Shown piece by piece: positions 18,038 to 28,637 of a stretch of 64,000 nt of DNA (position 1 is its first letter; the number at the start of each line of letters is the position of its first letter). This DNA comes from Anaerovibrio sp. (lineage in GTDB: Bacteria > Bacillota > Clostridia > Christensenellales > Aristaeellaceae), in NCBI GenBank assembly GCA_963611355.1, contig CAVDRM010000003.1:16020-80019 (forward strand), given 5' to 3'. Position numbers and translations under genes: made by a program. The notes under the pieces are model-generated. The model was given only the letters and a program-made list of their open reading frames with translations. It searched no databases and was not told the DNA's origin.

Positions 18038-19339
18038 TCAAAGGTTCTTTTCCGCTTTGATTTGCTCAATCGTCTCCAGCGCTCTTTGGGCGATAGCGAG
18101 ATAGCGCTCCTGCTTATTGCGGACGCGCCGGTCGAGCGGCTCGATGATGCCGAAGGTGACATTCATGGGCTGGAAGGAGCGGTTTTGGCGCGATACATAC
18201 GCGCCGAGCGCACCGATGGCCGTGCAGTCCGGAAAGCTGACGGGCGAAAGCCCCTCGTGCAGCCGCGCCGCGTTCAGGCCGCAGACCAGCCCGCCGGACG
18301 CGCTCTCCACATAGCCCTCCACGCCCGTCATCTGCCCCGCAAAGAACAAGGTCTCGCGGCTCAGGCACTGGTAGCGGTCGTTCAAAAAGCCCGGCGAATG
18401 CAGGAAGGTGTTGCGGTGCATCACGCCGTAGCGGGCAAATTCCGCGTTCTCCAAGCCCGGAATCAGGCCAAAGACGCGCTTTTGTTCGGGAAATTTGAGC
18501 CGCGTCTGGAAGCCGACCAGATTATAGAGCGAATCCGCCGCATCGTCCTGCCGAAGCTGCAGGACGGCAAAGGGCATTTTGCCCGTATGCGGGTCAGCCA
18601 GGCCGACCGGCTTCATCGGCCCGAAGGCCGGCACCATGCGGCCGCGCCTGGCCATCGTTTCAATGGGCATGCAGCCCTCAAACACCCGCGTTTCCTCAAA
18701 GCCGTGAACGGGTGCCGTCTCTGCGGCGATGAGCGCATCGACAAAGCGGTTGTATTCCGCCTCGTTCATCGGGCAGTTCAGGTAATCATCGCCCCTGCCG
18801 TAGCGAGAGGCGCGGAACACCTTGTCCATGTTGAGCGAATCGCGGGTGACGATGGGCGCGGCGGCATCGTAAAAGCTGAGGGTCGAAACTTCGGGAATGG
18901 CCTTGATGCTTTCCGCCAGCGCGTCGCTCGTCAGCGGGCCGGAGGCCACGATGGCCAGCCCTTCCTTGGGGATGTCCGTTGCCTCACGGCTCACCACGGT
19001 GCAGAGCGGATGCTCCATGAGGGTCTTCGTAATCGCGCCGGAAAAGCGCTCCCTGTCCACGGCCAGCGCACCGCCCGCGGGGACACGCGCCGCATCCGCT
19101 GCCCGCATGATGAGCGAATCCAGCGCCCGCATTTCCTCCTTCAGAAGGCCGACCGCGTTTTCCAGTCTGTCCGACCTGAGAGAGTTAGAGCAGACCAGCT
19201 CCGCAAACAGCGGGCTTTTGTGCGCGGGGCTCATTTGATGCGGCTTCATTTCCATGAGCGTGACGGGCACGCCGCGCTTTACGCATTGCCATGCCGCCTC
19301 GCAGCCGGCCAGCCCCGCGCCGATGACGGTGACGCTCAT
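18038..19339 (-). CDS. trmFO: Methylenetetrahydrofolate--tRNA-(uracil-5-)-methyltransferase TrmFO
   Basis: 433 aa. [21 protein letters not shown] fold. ATGA overlap with the topA stop. Confidence 0.95.
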   Translation of the reverse strand: MSVTVIGAGLAGCEAAWQCVKRGVPVTLMEMKPHQMSPAHKSPLFAELVCSNSLRSDRLENAVGLLKEEMRALDSLIMRAADAARVPAGGALAVDRERFSGAITKTLMEHPLCTVVSREATDIPKEGLAIVASGPLTSDALAESIKAIPEVSTLSFYDAAAPIVTRDSLNMDKVFRASRYGRGDDYLNCPMNEAEYNRFVDALIAAETAPVHGFEETRVFEGCMPIETMARRGRMVPAFGPMKPVGLADPHTGKMPFAVLQLRQDDAADSLYNLVGFQTRLKFPEQKRVFGLIPGLENAEFARYGVMHRNTFLHSPGFLNDRYQCLSRETLFFAGQMTGVEGYVESASGGLVCGLNAARLHEGLSPVSFPDCTAIGALGAYVSRQNRSFQPMNVTFGIIEPLDRRVRNKQERYLAIAQRALETIEQIKAEKNL

Positions 19340-21459
19340 TCGCCCTGCTCCTCCTCATTGTCACTGACCTTCACCTTATGCCGGCAGGCCTCATTGGCGC
19401 AGATGTGCCATTCCTCGCCCTTTTTGGTGTGCTTGACGGTCATGTAGCTGCCGCACTTTTCGCACTTTTCCTTAGCGGGCATATCCCACGATACGAAATC
19501 GCATTCCGGATAATGCTCGCAGCCGTAAAACTTTCGGTTCTTGCGGGAGTTCTTTTCCAGCAGCCGTCCGCCGCACTTGGGGCAGGCGGCGTCAATGTAA
19601 TGCAGCACGGGCTTGGTATTGTGGCATTCGGGGAAGTTCGGGCAGGCCAGAAAGCGGCCGAAGCGCCCCATTTTGTAAACCATCATCGCCCCGCACTTAT
19701 CGCACTGCACATCGCTGACCTCGTCCTTCAGCTCCACCTTTTCAATGTCCGCCTCGGCCTTGTCCAGCATTTCCTTAAAGGGTGGATAGAAGCGACGCAG
19801 CACCTCACGCCAGTCCGTATCCTTCTCCTCGACCTCGTCCAGCTCGTCCTCCATTTCCGCGGTAAATTCCGTATCCACGATGGGCGCAAAGTATTCGACC
19901 ATCATGCGGTTTATCATCTGTCCAAGCTCCGTAGGATAGAGACGCTTGCTCTCGCGCATGACATAGCCGCGGGCGATGATGGTGGTGATGGTCGGCGCAT
20001 AGGTGGACGGGCGGCCGATTCCCTTTTCCTCCAGTGTCTTCACCAGCGACGCCTCCGTAAAGCGGGCGGGCGGCTGGGTGAAATGCTGCTCGCTCTCGAC
20101 CCCCTCCAGCAGAACAGGATCGCCCTCTTTGAAGGCGGGCAGGGTGGTCTCGGCGGCCTCCTGCGTCTCGTCCTGCCCCTCCTCATACAGGGAGGTAAAG
20201 CCCGCAAAGCGCTTCTTTTCGCCGTTAAAGCGAAGCAGCAAGCCGCCGCCGGTCACATCCATCTGCATGGTGTCGTACAGGGCGGGCTTCATCTGGCTGG
20301 CTACAAAGCGCGACCAAATCAGGCGGTAAAGCTGGAACTGCTCTCTGGTCAGGGAGGCCTTGATGCTGTCCGGCGTGCGGGCAACCGAGGTCGGGCGAAT
20401 GGCCTCGTGCGCGTCCTGCGCGTTCTTGCGCCCTTTATAGATGTTCGGCGTTTCGGGCAGATACTCCGTGCCGTACTGTTCGGGAATAAAGGCGCGGACG
20501 GCGGTCAGGGCTTCATCGCTCACGCGGACGGAGTCTGTGCGGATATAGGTGACAAGGCCCTGCGTCCCCTCGCCCTCCAAGTCAATGCCCTCATAAAGCT
20601 GCTGAACGACCTGCATGGTGCGCATGGTGGTGAAATTGAGCTTTCGTCCCGCCTCCTGCTGCAAAGAAGAGGTGGTAAAGGGCGGCGCGGGGGTCTTTTT
20701 CTTTTCGCCCATTTTGATTTGGGAAACGGCAAAGTGCGCGTTCTCCACGCGGCGGACGGCAGCCTTTGCTTCATCCTCATTGGCAATTTCCGCCTTCTTG
20801 CCGTCCAGCTGGGAGAGCTTCAGGCGGAAGGTGGTCTTGCGCCCGCGGGCGGCGGGCATCATGGCGGAGGCCGTCACCGTCCAAAATTCTTCGGGAATAA
20901 ACTCCTCGATTTCCTGCTCTCTGTCCACGACGAGCCTTGTCGCCACGGACTGCACACGGCCGGCACTCAGACCCTTTTTGACCTTTGCCCACAGGAGGGG
21001 GCTGATTTTATACCCCACGAGCCTGTCCAGCGCACGGCGCGCCTGCTGCGCGTCCACCCGCCCCATGTCGATTTTACGCGGGCTGCTCAGCGCCTGCTTG
21101 ACCGCCTTCTGGGTGATTTCATGGAACTCGATGCGGCAGGCGGAGTCCAAGTCCATGTCCAGCGTCTGCGCCAGGTGCCACGAAATTGCCTCTCCCTCGC
21201 GGTCAGGGTCTGTCGCCAGCAGAATTTTGGAAGCAGCCTTTGCCTCTTTGCGTATCTTCGCCAAAATCTTGCCGCGACCGTGAATGGTGATATACTTCAT
21301 TTCAAAGTCATTGTCCACATCCACGCCGAGCTGGGATTTGGGCAGGTCGCGCACATGGCCCTGCGATGCCTCCACCTTGTAGCCGCGCCCTAAAAATTTC
21401 GCAATGGTCCTCGCCTTGGCGGGCGATTCGACGATGACCAGTTTGGTTTTCTGAGCCAT
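19336..21459 (-). CDS. topA: DNA topoisomerase I
   Basis: 707 aa. TOPRIM start [24 protein letters not shown], catalytic-Tyr region YIRTDS, and C-terminal Zn-ribbon repeats (CDKCGAMM..., CPKCGGRL..., CEKCGSYM...). Confidence 0.95.
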   Translation of the reverse strand: MAQKTKLVIVESPAKARTIAKFLGRGYKVEASQGHVRDLPKSQLGVDVDNDFEMKYITIHGRGKILAKIRKEAKAASKILLATDPDREGEAISWHLAQTLDMDLDSACRIEFHEITQKAVKQALSSPRKIDMGRVDAQQARRALDRLVGYKISPLLWAKVKKGLSAGRVQSVATRLVVDREQEIEEFIPEEFWTVTASAMMPAARGRKTTFRLKLSQLDGKKAEIANEDEAKAAVRRVENAHFAVSQIKMGEKKKTPAPPFTTSSLQQEAGRKLNFTTMRTMQVVQQLYEGIDLEGEGTQGLVTYIRTDSVRVSDEALTAVRAFIPEQYGTEYLPETPNIYKGRKNAQDAHEAIRPTSVARTPDSIKASLTREQFQLYRLIWSRFVASQMKPALYDTMQMDVTGGGLLLRFNGEKKRFAGFTSLYEEGQDETQEAAETTLPAFKEGDPVLLEGVESEQHFTQPPARFTEASLVKTLEEKGIGRPSTYAPTITTIIARGYVMRESKRLYPTELGQMINRMMVEYFAPIVDTEFTAEMEDELDEVEEKDTDWREVLRRFYPPFKEMLDKAEADIEKVELKDEVSDVQCDKCGAMMVYKMGRFGRFLACPNFPECHNTKPVLHYIDAACPKCGGRLLEKNSRKNRKFYGCEHYPECDFVSWDMPAKEKCEKCGSYMTVKHTKKGEEWHICANEACRHKVKVSDNEEEQGE

Positions 21460-21476
21460 TGTAAAAGCTCCTCCTC

Positions 21477-22559
21477 TTATGGATGCAAGCAGAGCGCATA
21501 AGCGCGTCCCGCCCGCTTTTCGATTTTTCCCTCCAGCTCCAGCATGGAAAGCGCGGAGGACAGGTCGGCCGGAGTCATGCCGGTTTCCGCCGAAAGCTCC
21601 TCAAAGGTCTTTTCCTCGCGCCGAAGCGCTCTGAGAACTGGGTCGTCCGCAGCTTCGGCTGCATCGGCGGCAGGCGCCGCCTGTCCTTTTGACGGAATCT
21701 TCAGCTCATCCAGGATGTCCTTGGCCTCGGTCGCCATCAATGCGCCCTGCTTTAAGAGCAGCAGCGGCAGCTCGCTGCCCGGCGCATCCACATTGCCCGG
21801 CAGGGCGAACACCGGAATGCCCTGATTGAGGGCATGGTTGACGGTGCTGTTCGTGCCGCTCTTCAAAGTCGCCTCCACCAGCAGGAGCGCGTCCGACAGC
21901 CCGCTGATGATGCGGTTTCTGTGCGGAAAATGGAACGGAAGCGGCGCGGTTTCCGGCGCGTATTCGGTAACGAGCGCGCCGCCTGAGCGGATGATGTTCT
22001 CCGCCAGTGTCGCATTTTCGGGCGGGTAGGTCGTTTCAAGGCCGCAGCCCAAAACCGCCACGGTCCTGCCGCCGCCAGCCAAAGCGCCCTGATGCGCCGC
22101 CGTATCAATGCCCCGCGCCAGCCCGCTCACCACCGTCACGCCCGACATCGCCAAGTCCTTGGCGATGGAAAACGCCTGAGAGCGGCCATATCGCGTATCA
22201 TGCCGTGAGCCTACGATGGCGACCGCCGGTCCCGTCGGCAGTTCGCCACGATAATAGAGCAGCTCCGGCGCGTCATCCAAAGGCAGGAGCCTGAATGGAT
22301 AATCCGCCTCGCCCCGTGCCGTGACGCGGGCATTTAATCGGGAAAGCCGCCGCGCAATGCCGAGCAGCCCGTTCTCCTTGGCGCTTTGCAGCGCCGCATA
22401 CGCCTTGCCGCCCACGAGCGGACGGGCTGCGGAGGAAAAGCCGGCATACGCCTTCTGCGCGCTGCCGTAATAGGCAATCAGCGCCGTGCGCCCCTTCGGG
22501 GTCAGCATATCCGCCGAGGACAGCCACATGAGCGCCAGCGTTTCGAGGGAATAATCCAT
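21477..22559 (-). CDS. dprA: DNA processing protein DprA (Smf)
   Basis: Rossmann-like core ...VAIVGSRHDTRYGRSQA...VVSGLARGIDTAAHQGAL...VAVLGCGL. I prefer the ATG at 22559 (2 nt after the comM stop) to the TTG at 22574. Confidence 0.9.
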   Translation of the reverse strand: MDYSLETLALMWLSSADMLTPKGRTALIAYYGSAQKAYAGFSSAARPLVGGKAYAALQSAKENGLLGIARRLSRLNARVTARGEADYPFRLLPLDDAPELLYYRGELPTGPAVAIVGSRHDTRYGRSQAFSIAKDLAMSGVTVVSGLARGIDTAAHQGALAGGGRTVAVLGCGLETTYPPENATLAENIIRSGGALVTEYAPETAPLPFHFPHRNRIISGLSDALLLVEATLKSGTNSTVNHALNQGIPVFALPGNVDAPGSELPLLLLKQGALMATEAKDILDELKIPSKGQAAPAADAAEAADDPVLRALRREEKTFEELSAETGMTPADLSSALSMLELEGKIEKRAGRAYALCLHP

Positions 22560-22561
22560 CG

Positions 22562-24100
22562 TCAGCGCCCCCAATACTTGTTATCCAGCGTGCGGTACTG
22601 CACCGCCTCTAAAATGTGCGCGGGCCGGATGTCCCGTTCGCCCGCCAAATCCGCTATCGTCCGCGCCACCTTAATGACGCGGGTATAGCCGCGCATGGAC
22701 AGGGCAAAGCGCTCCACGGCGCGTGTCAGGATGTCCCGGCTGTCCTTCGGAAGCGGGATGCGCTCCTTGACCGCCGCGCCCTCCGCCTGAGCGTTGCAGG
22801 CGATGTCCGTCCCCGCAAAGCGCTCATGCTGCAGGCGTCGCGCCGCCTGAACGCGCTGCCGGACGGCCGCGGAGCTTTCGCTGTCGCCCGCCCGATTGAT
22901 TTCATCCGCGCCCACCGCGTCCATTTCGACCTGAAGGTCTATCCTGTCCAAAAGCGGGCCGGAAATGCGCTCCAGATATTTCTTGATTTCGTGCTGGTTG
23001 CACCGGCAGGCTCTGACTCTGCTGCCCAGATACCCGCAGGGGCAGGGGTTCATGGACGCGACCAGCATACATTGCGCCTGATAGCGCGTCCGCGCCTTGA
23101 CGCGGGCGATGGTCACGAACCCGTCCTCCAACGGCTGACGGAGCGCCTCCAATGCATTGCGCTGATACTCCGGCAGTTCATCCAGGAACAATACGCCGCC
23201 GTGCGCCAAAGAGACCTCGCCCGGACGCGCATCCGTGCCGCCGCCCACCAGCGCGGGCAGGGAGGCGGAATGGTGCGGCGTTCTGAAGGGGCGCTCGGTG
23301 ACAAGCCCCTGACCGGCGCTCATCAGCCCCGCCACGGAATGAATGCGCGTGACCTCAAACGCCTCCTGCGCCGTCATTTCGGGCAGTATGCCCGGCAGAC
23401 ATCGCGCCAGCATGGTTTTGCCGCTGCCGGGCGCGCCGACCATGAGCAGGTTATGCCCGCCTGCCGCGGCGATTTCCAGAGCGCGGCGGGCGCCCTGCTG
23501 CCCCTTCACATCCTTCAGGTCATAGGCGCACGGGCCGTGAATGGTCTTTAATTCCTCAAAGCCGGTGATTTCCTGACACAAAAGCGGCTCCGTGCCGTTT
23601 AAGTGGCGGACGGCCTGAAGCAGCGTCCGCGCCGCGTAAATGCGCATTCCCTCCACGCAGGAGACCTCGGCGGCATTGCCGCTTGGCAGAAGGACGCTTT
23701 GAATGCCCTGCTCCCGCGCCGCCAGCACCATCGGCAGCGCCCCGCGCACGGGTGATAATGTGCCGTCTAAGGAAAGCTCGCCGAAGATGAGCGTATCAAA
23801 AAGCCCATCATCCGGCATCTGTCCCGTGGCCGCCAGCATGGACAGGGCGATGGGCAGGTCAAACGCCGCGCCCTCTTTTTTGATGTCCGCCGGAGCCAAG
23901 TTGATGGTCACGCGCCCCGTCGGACACAAAAAGCCGCTGTTTTTCATGGCGGAGAACACGCGGTCGCGGCTTTCGCGCACGGCGGCGTCGGGAAGGCCGA
24001 CCAGAGAAAACGCGAACGCGCCGCCGCTGACATCCGTCTCCACCTGCACGCGAACGCCCTCCACGCCGCTTAACGCGCAGCACATGGCTTTGGACAGCAT
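22562..24100 (-). CDS. comM: YifB/ComM family Mg-chelatase-like AAA+ protein
   Basis: 512 aa. An N-terminal Lon-protease-like fold, Walker A GAPGSGKTMLARCLPGILP, and a C-terminal Mg_chelatase_C pattern. Confidence 0.9.
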   Translation of the reverse strand: MLSKAMCCALSGVEGVRVQVETDVSGGAFAFSLVGLPDAAVRESRDRVFSAMKNSGFLCPTGRVTINLAPADIKKEGAAFDLPIALSMLAATGQMPDDGLFDTLIFGELSLDGTLSPVRGALPMVLAAREQGIQSVLLPSGNAAEVSCVEGMRIYAARTLLQAVRHLNGTEPLLCQEITGFEELKTIHGPCAYDLKDVKGQQGARRALEIAAAGGHNLLMVGAPGSGKTMLARCLPGILPEMTAQEAFEVTRIHSVAGLMSAGQGLVTERPFRTPHHSASLPALVGGGTDARPGEVSLAHGGVLFLDELPEYQRNALEALRQPLEDGFVTIARVKARTRYQAQCMLVASMNPCPCGYLGSRVRACRCNQHEIKKYLERISGPLLDRIDLQVEMDAVGADEINRAGDSESSAAVRQRVQAARRLQHERFAGTDIACNAQAEGAAVKERIPLPKDSRDILTRAVERFALSMRGYTRVIKVARTIADLAGERDIRPAHILEAVQYRTLDNKYWGR

Positions 24101-24156
24101 GATGCATCTCCTCTCTTTCCTGTTCTCTCTTCTCTGCGCAAAAACCGCTTGGTCGA

Positions 24157-27100
24157 TTAATAGTACAGATTGCCGAACCAGTTCATGAAGTCAAGCCAGC
24201 GCGTATCTGTCAGCGTGCCGCTGGCATAGGGGTAGAAGCCGATGAAGAGCAGCGCCGTCAGCCCGATATAGATGGAAAGCCCGATGAGCGACAGCCTGTC
24301 CGCCTGCCGTTCATGGGCAGGGAAGCGGGCGCAAAGGTATTCCTGAAGCCGTTCAAGCACATAGGCCGTGCAGAGGATGATGAACGGGACGGAGGGGAAG
24401 TAGTGATAGATGTAGGTGCCGCGCGGCACGAGCATCCACGGAAGGAACTGCGCCAAGAAGCAGACGGAAAGGAGGGCGGGGCGCACGTCTCTCTCCCCCT
24501 TGGGCGCAAGCACGAAGCATTTTTCTTCATACCCGCCGCGCAGGGCAGGGTACGCCTGATGCCGCGCAAAGGCATACAGGACAAGGAGCAGGCACGCAAA
24601 GCCCGTCCACCACACGGCAGGGTTGCCGAAGGCCAGAATGGTGCAGGCATAGCCCGCCGGCTCATAGGCGTCCGCCGCATAATACATGGGACGGATGGAG
24701 AAGGGCCATTCGTACCACGGCGAATAATAGGGATGGTCCATGCCCAGACCCGGCGTGGAGTGGTAGCCCAGCATCCCCCCGACCTCGCCCGTCTCAAAGT
24801 ATGTGCCGACGGCGGCCCGAATGACGCGCTTGACGGTCACGCCGCCCTCATAGGCAAAATACGGAATGTAGGACAGGTAATAGATGATAAGCGGGACGGC
24901 GACAAAGAAGAGAAGGCAGCTTGAAACGGTGAGAAGAAGCCTTTTTGTCCCCTGCTCCGCCGCGGTTTTCGCCCGCTCGTCCCGCTCCTTTTCGGGGATT
25001 TTTCCTGCCTCCCCGACTGCCCGCGCACGGCGGTATACGCCGAAAAAGAACAGGATGGCCAGCCCCACGCCCGCATAGCAGCCCGTCCACTTGCTGGCGA
25101 CGGAAAGTCCCATGAACAGGCCGGACAGCGCCAGCGGGATGAGCGTTTTCCAAAGCTGCTTGCCGAAGAAATCCTCAAAGAACCAGCGGAGCATGAAGTA
25201 AACGTCCCAGATGATGAACAGCACCACGAAGCTGTCGATGGTCGCCAGCCTCGTCTGCGTAAAGTGCATGCAGTCAAGCGCCAGCAGCGACACGGAAAGC
25301 ACCGCGTAGCGCCGCTTTTTGAAGAGCAGCCGCCCCATCAGGTACATCCCCGGCAGCATCAGCACGCCGCACAGCGTCCCCGCAAAGCGCCAGCCGAAGG
25401 GGGTCATGCCGAACACGGCAATGCACCAGCTCATGATGACCTTGCCCAGCGGCGGGTGCGATGTCTCATAGGTGCGCAGCCCGTGCAGATGCTCATACGC
25501 CGTCCGCGCATGGTAAATTTCGTCAAAGTACATGCTGTTGTACCAGCCGGGCTCTCCGTCCAAGGTGTCCTGCTCGTCATACAGGGCGGAAACATCTTTT
25601 CCGAAGCTGTCCGAAACGCCCTCTATGGGCAGGACTTGGCCGTCCGCATCGCGGAACAGCACCTCAAACAGCGTCAGACCGATGCGGTCGGCGGTCAAGC
25701 GCACATAGCGCCCCTTCAGCCTGCGGGAATCGCCGGAGGCATAGGACTTCACATACTTCCATTGGAACAGAGAGCCTATTTTCATTTCGGCTGTGTATTC
25801 ACTCCAATGCTCGCCGTCCTCGGAGACCTCCACGGTAAAGTCGCTGTCATAGGAGTGTATGCCGCCGTAGTAAAGCATTCGGAAATCTTCGAGGTTCTCG
25901 CCCAAATCAAAGACCACCTGCTCGTCCGGCTCCTCAAAGACATAGAAGGTCTGCGGCGCTTTGGTGCTGCCCAGATGGAAGAAGGAGACGGCGGCATACA
26001 GGAGCATCACCGCACCCAAAATCAGCCAGTCCTTTTTGTCCGTCCGATGGGTTTTCAGCCAGTCCGCCTGTTCATCGGAGAGCGCGGATGGCTTGTGCAG
26101 CCGATTTTCCTTTCCCTGCTCGAACGCTGCTTTCGCGGGCAGCGTTCTTCCGTCGCTCAGGGCGATATAGATTCCCGCCATGCACGACAGGACGTTCAGC
26201 GCGGCGGACAGGTATTCAAGCCCCGCCATATCGCTTTCAATGCCGTACAGCTGCGCGGAAAGATGGCCGGAAGCCCCGCCGATGCGGATGTTTCTGTCCA
26301 GCACGCAGCCGACATTCAGAAAAGCCGAAAGGGAAACCAGCACGGCCAGATAGAGAAGCCGCGCATCCTTTTCCAGCGCATAGGACAACAGCAGCAGGAT
26401 GACAGCGGGGAAAAGATAGCGCTCGTGCATCATCGTGCCGGTGTTAAAGAGCAGCAGCAGCAGCAGCGCGCCGAAGAAGGGCAGACGCTTCATTCCGCCC
26501 TGAAGTGCATACGCCGCGCAGCAAAAGAGGACGCACAGAACGATAAGCACGGCGGAAAGAACGGTATAGGAAGGCGTAAAGACAGCCCCGCACACGGCGG
26601 TCAGCGCGCCGGCCGCCATCAGCCCGACAGACAAAAGCCGACGCTCTCTGCCGCCGCCCGCACGCAGGTAGGCAAGCGCGGCGGGCAGGGTCAGCATTGC
26701 GCCGAGTGCGCAGGCTAAAAGCCGCGGCACGGCGCTTGCGGCGGACGCCCAGTTTTCGCCGAACAAAAAATACAGGTTGCAGGCATTGACCGCAGCATAG
26801 GCATAGGACTGCATGGTGCTTGCGTATAATTCAAACAGCCACTTGACCCCGCCCTTTCCGATGCAGAAGGGAAGGGCGACGGCGGTGCAAAGCGCAGCCG
26901 TCAGCAAAAGCCCGTACAGCACATCCCGAAGGAGCTTTTTCTGATTTTCTCTTTCCCTGAAAACGCTCAGCAGGAGGGCGAACAGCCCCAGCGGGCCGAA
27001 CATCAGCGCCTGCGGCTTCATCAGCACGGAAAGCATATAGGACGGCAGGGCATAACGCCATTTCCCGTCCAAGGCAAACAGCACCGTCAGCAGCAGGAAC

Positions 27101-28275
27101 AGCGTCATCACGCCGTCCGACTGCCCCCAGCCCGCGCCCGCCAGCAGCATCAGCGGGTTCAGGAGGTACAGCGCGCCCAGCGCGAGCGGCAGCAGCCCCT
27201 GCTTTTCGCGCCGCGCTCTGCGCATCAGGAGATACGCACCGAGAAGGTCGGCCAAAATGGACGGGCATTTGACCAGAAACTCCGTCGCGCCCGTTTGAAA
27301 CAGCCTGCCCAGCGCCCCGCACACCCACAGCACCAGCAGATATCCGGGCGGATAATCGCAGAAATAGCCGTCCGCATAGAAGCCGGCCGGTCCTTTCTCC
27401 GCCATGCGGTTGGCCCACGCGGTGAAGCAGCCGATATCCACATCATAGCCGCTGACGTTGAGCGCCGTCAGCACCCGCACAAGCAGCGCCAGCATGAACA
27501 GCAGCGCGGCAATCAGCCCATATTGCTTGCCGCCGATAACGACCCCGCGGCGGGATAAAGCAAACATAACGCCGCAGAGCGCAAGGAAGAAAAGAGCGCA
27601 GAGCAGCAGCCGTGCCGTGCCCGTGCCTTCGGTGCCGTCCTCCTCATCATCGTCATAGACAGCGGATGAGGTCTTGAATAAATCGCTTGCGCGGTAGCCG
27701 TCCGGCACCTCGGAGACCTCGGTCAGACTCACATCGTCAAACCAAGCCTCGCCCGCCGCCTCACCGGAATAACCGCCCAAGCGCATGAACACGGTCATCT
27801 CGCGCTGCTTCGGCCCCGTGCGACCGTAAAGCGTGACCTCCTCCCAGCTGCCGAAGGTATCATAGACGCAGTCGGAAAACACATAGATGCCCTCAACGGA
27901 CAGGTTCGCGCCCATGCCGCCCTCGCAGCTCGCCTTGATGTACCCGTGCAGCAGGTACAGGCTGTCGGGCTTGACGGAGACCGTCTGCGCAAAGCGGGCG
28001 TCATTTTCCTCGATATTTTTGATGTAGGCGGAATGGCCGTCCGCATCCATGTCATCGCCGACGCCGAATTTTGTCACGCCCTGCGCGTCCGAATACGCAT
28101 CGGTGTACCATCCTGTCGGCAGCCCGTCCGCGTCCAGCTCGTCAAAGCTGCTGTTTTGCAGCAGATTTTCTCCCGTGACGTTTTCCTGCGTTTTCGGCAG
28201 GAAAATCAGGCACAAAACGACCGCCGCCACCGCCAAGGCGATGATGATATACCGGCGTTTTTTCATAAAATTCAT
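24157..28275 (-). CDS. Giant fused membrane glycosyltransferase: CBM-like domain + GT-C module 1 + discoidin-like insert + GT39/PMT-type GT-C module 2
   Basis: 1372 aa.
- aa 30-195: soluble galactose-binding/CBM-like domain (LLQNSSFDELDADGLPTGWY...AWFDDVSL).
- aa ~222-720: polytopic module with GYDVDIGCFTAWA in the first loop.
- aa ~775-885: beta-sandwich-like insert (FRMLYYGGIHSYDSDFTVEVSEDGEHWSEY...GRYVRLTADRIGLTLFEVLF).
- aa ~910-1372: PMT signature MYFDEIYHARTAYEHL...HPPLGK and the PMT C-terminal 4-TM pattern (YYSPWYEWPF...GNPAVWW).
The start lies 8 nt after the yraN stop. Confidence 0.8.
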   Translation of the reverse strand: MNFMKKRRYIIIALAVAAVVLCLIFLPKTQENVTGENLLQNSSFDELDADGLPTGWYTDAYSDAQGVTKFGVGDDMDADGHSAYIKNIEENDARFAQTVSVKPDSLYLLHGYIKASCEGGMGANLSVEGIYVFSDCVYDTFGSWEEVTLYGRTGPKQREMTVFMRLGGYSGEAAGEAWFDDVSLTEVSEVPDGYRASDLFKTSSAVYDDDEEDGTEGTGTARLLLCALFFLALCGVMFALSRRGVVIGGKQYGLIAALLFMLALLVRVLTALNVSGYDVDIGCFTAWANRMAEKGPAGFYADGYFCDYPPGYLLVLWVCGALGRLFQTGATEFLVKCPSILADLLGAYLLMRRARREKQGLLPLALGALYLLNPLMLLAGAGWGQSDGVMTLFLLLTVLFALDGKWRYALPSYMLSVLMKPQALMFGPLGLFALLLSVFRERENQKKLLRDVLYGLLLTAALCTAVALPFCIGKGGVKWLFELYASTMQSYAYAAVNACNLYFLFGENWASAASAVPRLLACALGAMLTLPAALAYLRAGGGRERRLLSVGLMAAGALTAVCGAVFTPSYTVLSAVLIVLCVLFCCAAYALQGGMKRLPFFGALLLLLLFNTGTMMHERYLFPAVILLLLSYALEKDARLLYLAVLVSLSAFLNVGCVLDRNIRIGGASGHLSAQLYGIESDMAGLEYLSAALNVLSCMAGIYIALSDGRTLPAKAAFEQGKENRLHKPSALSDEQADWLKTHRTDKKDWLILGAVMLLYAAVSFFHLGSTKAPQTFYVFEEPDEQVVFDLGENLEDFRMLYYGGIHSYDSDFTVEVSEDGEHWSEYTAEMKIGSLFQWKYVKSYASGDSRRLKGRYVRLTADRIGLTLFEVLFRDADGQVLPIEGVSDSFGKDVSALYDEQDTLDGEPGWYNSMYFDEIYHARTAYEHLHGLRTYETSHPPLGKVIMSWCIAVFGMTPFGWRFAGTLCGVLMLPGMYLMGRLLFKKRRYAVLSVSLLALDCMHFTQTRLATIDSFVVLFIIWDVYFMLRWFFEDFFGKQLWKTLIPLALSGLFMGLSVASKWTGCYAGVGLAILFFFGVYRRARAVGEAGKIPEKERDERAKTAAEQGTKRLLLTVSSCLLFFVAVPLIIYYLSYIPYFAYEGGVTVKRVIRAAVGTYFETGEVGGMLGYHSTPGLGMDHPYYSPWYEWPFSIRPMYYAADAYEPAGYACTILAFGNPAVWWTGFACLLLVLYAFARHQAYPALRGGYEEKCFVLAPKGERDVRPALLSVCFLAQFLPWMLVPRGTYIYHYFPSVPFIILCTAYVLERLQEYLCARFPAHERQADRLSLIGLSIYIGLTALLFIGFYPYASGTLTDTRWLDFMNWFGNLYY

Positions 28276-28283
28276 ACACGCTC

Positions 28284-28637
28284 CTAAAATGCGTTTTTCA
28301 TGAGCCGCAGCCCCGCATCGCTTTCCTCCAGCACATCATAGCGGACGGCGTCTGCGGGATGCTCCTTCAGATAGGCGCGGGCGGCGCTCTTTATCCGCGT
28401 CCGCTTGCGCTTGTCCACGCGCATCGCGCCCTCGCCCAAGTGCGGCGCGCTCTTGACCTCCACGAACACGAGCGTTTCTCCGTCCCGCATGATGAGGTCT
28501 ATCTCCCCGTTCGCGGCGCGGTAACGGCTGCGCTCCACGGTCATCCCCAGCCCGCGCAGATACGCTGCGGCGCGGCGCTCGGCCATCAGCCCCCTGAGCC
28601 CCGAAAAAAGCCCGCCCTGTTTGCCCGTATCCGTCAT
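28284..28637 (-). CDS. yraN: YraN family (UPF0102) endonuclease-like protein
   Basis: The ATG at 28637 overlaps the rnhB stop (ATGA). ...AERRAAAYLRGLGMTVERSRYRAANGEIDLIMRDGETLVFVEVK... is the YraN pattern. The longer ORF-track version (to 28835) overlaps rnhB and is rejected. Confidence 0.8.
   Translation of the reverse strand: MTDTGKQGGLFSGLRGLMAERRAAAYLRGLGMTVERSRYRAANGEIDLIMRDGETLVFVEVKSAPHLGEGAMRVDKRKRTRIKSAARAYLKEHPADAVRYDVLEESDAGLRLMKNAF

Noticed and set aside
17979-18041. An N-terminal extension of HslV ([21 protein letters not shown]...).
   Set aside because: HslV needs an N-terminal Thr exposed close to the start. The extension has no RBS and overlaps the trmFO stop region. Internal ATGs at 17978 and 17957 fit better.
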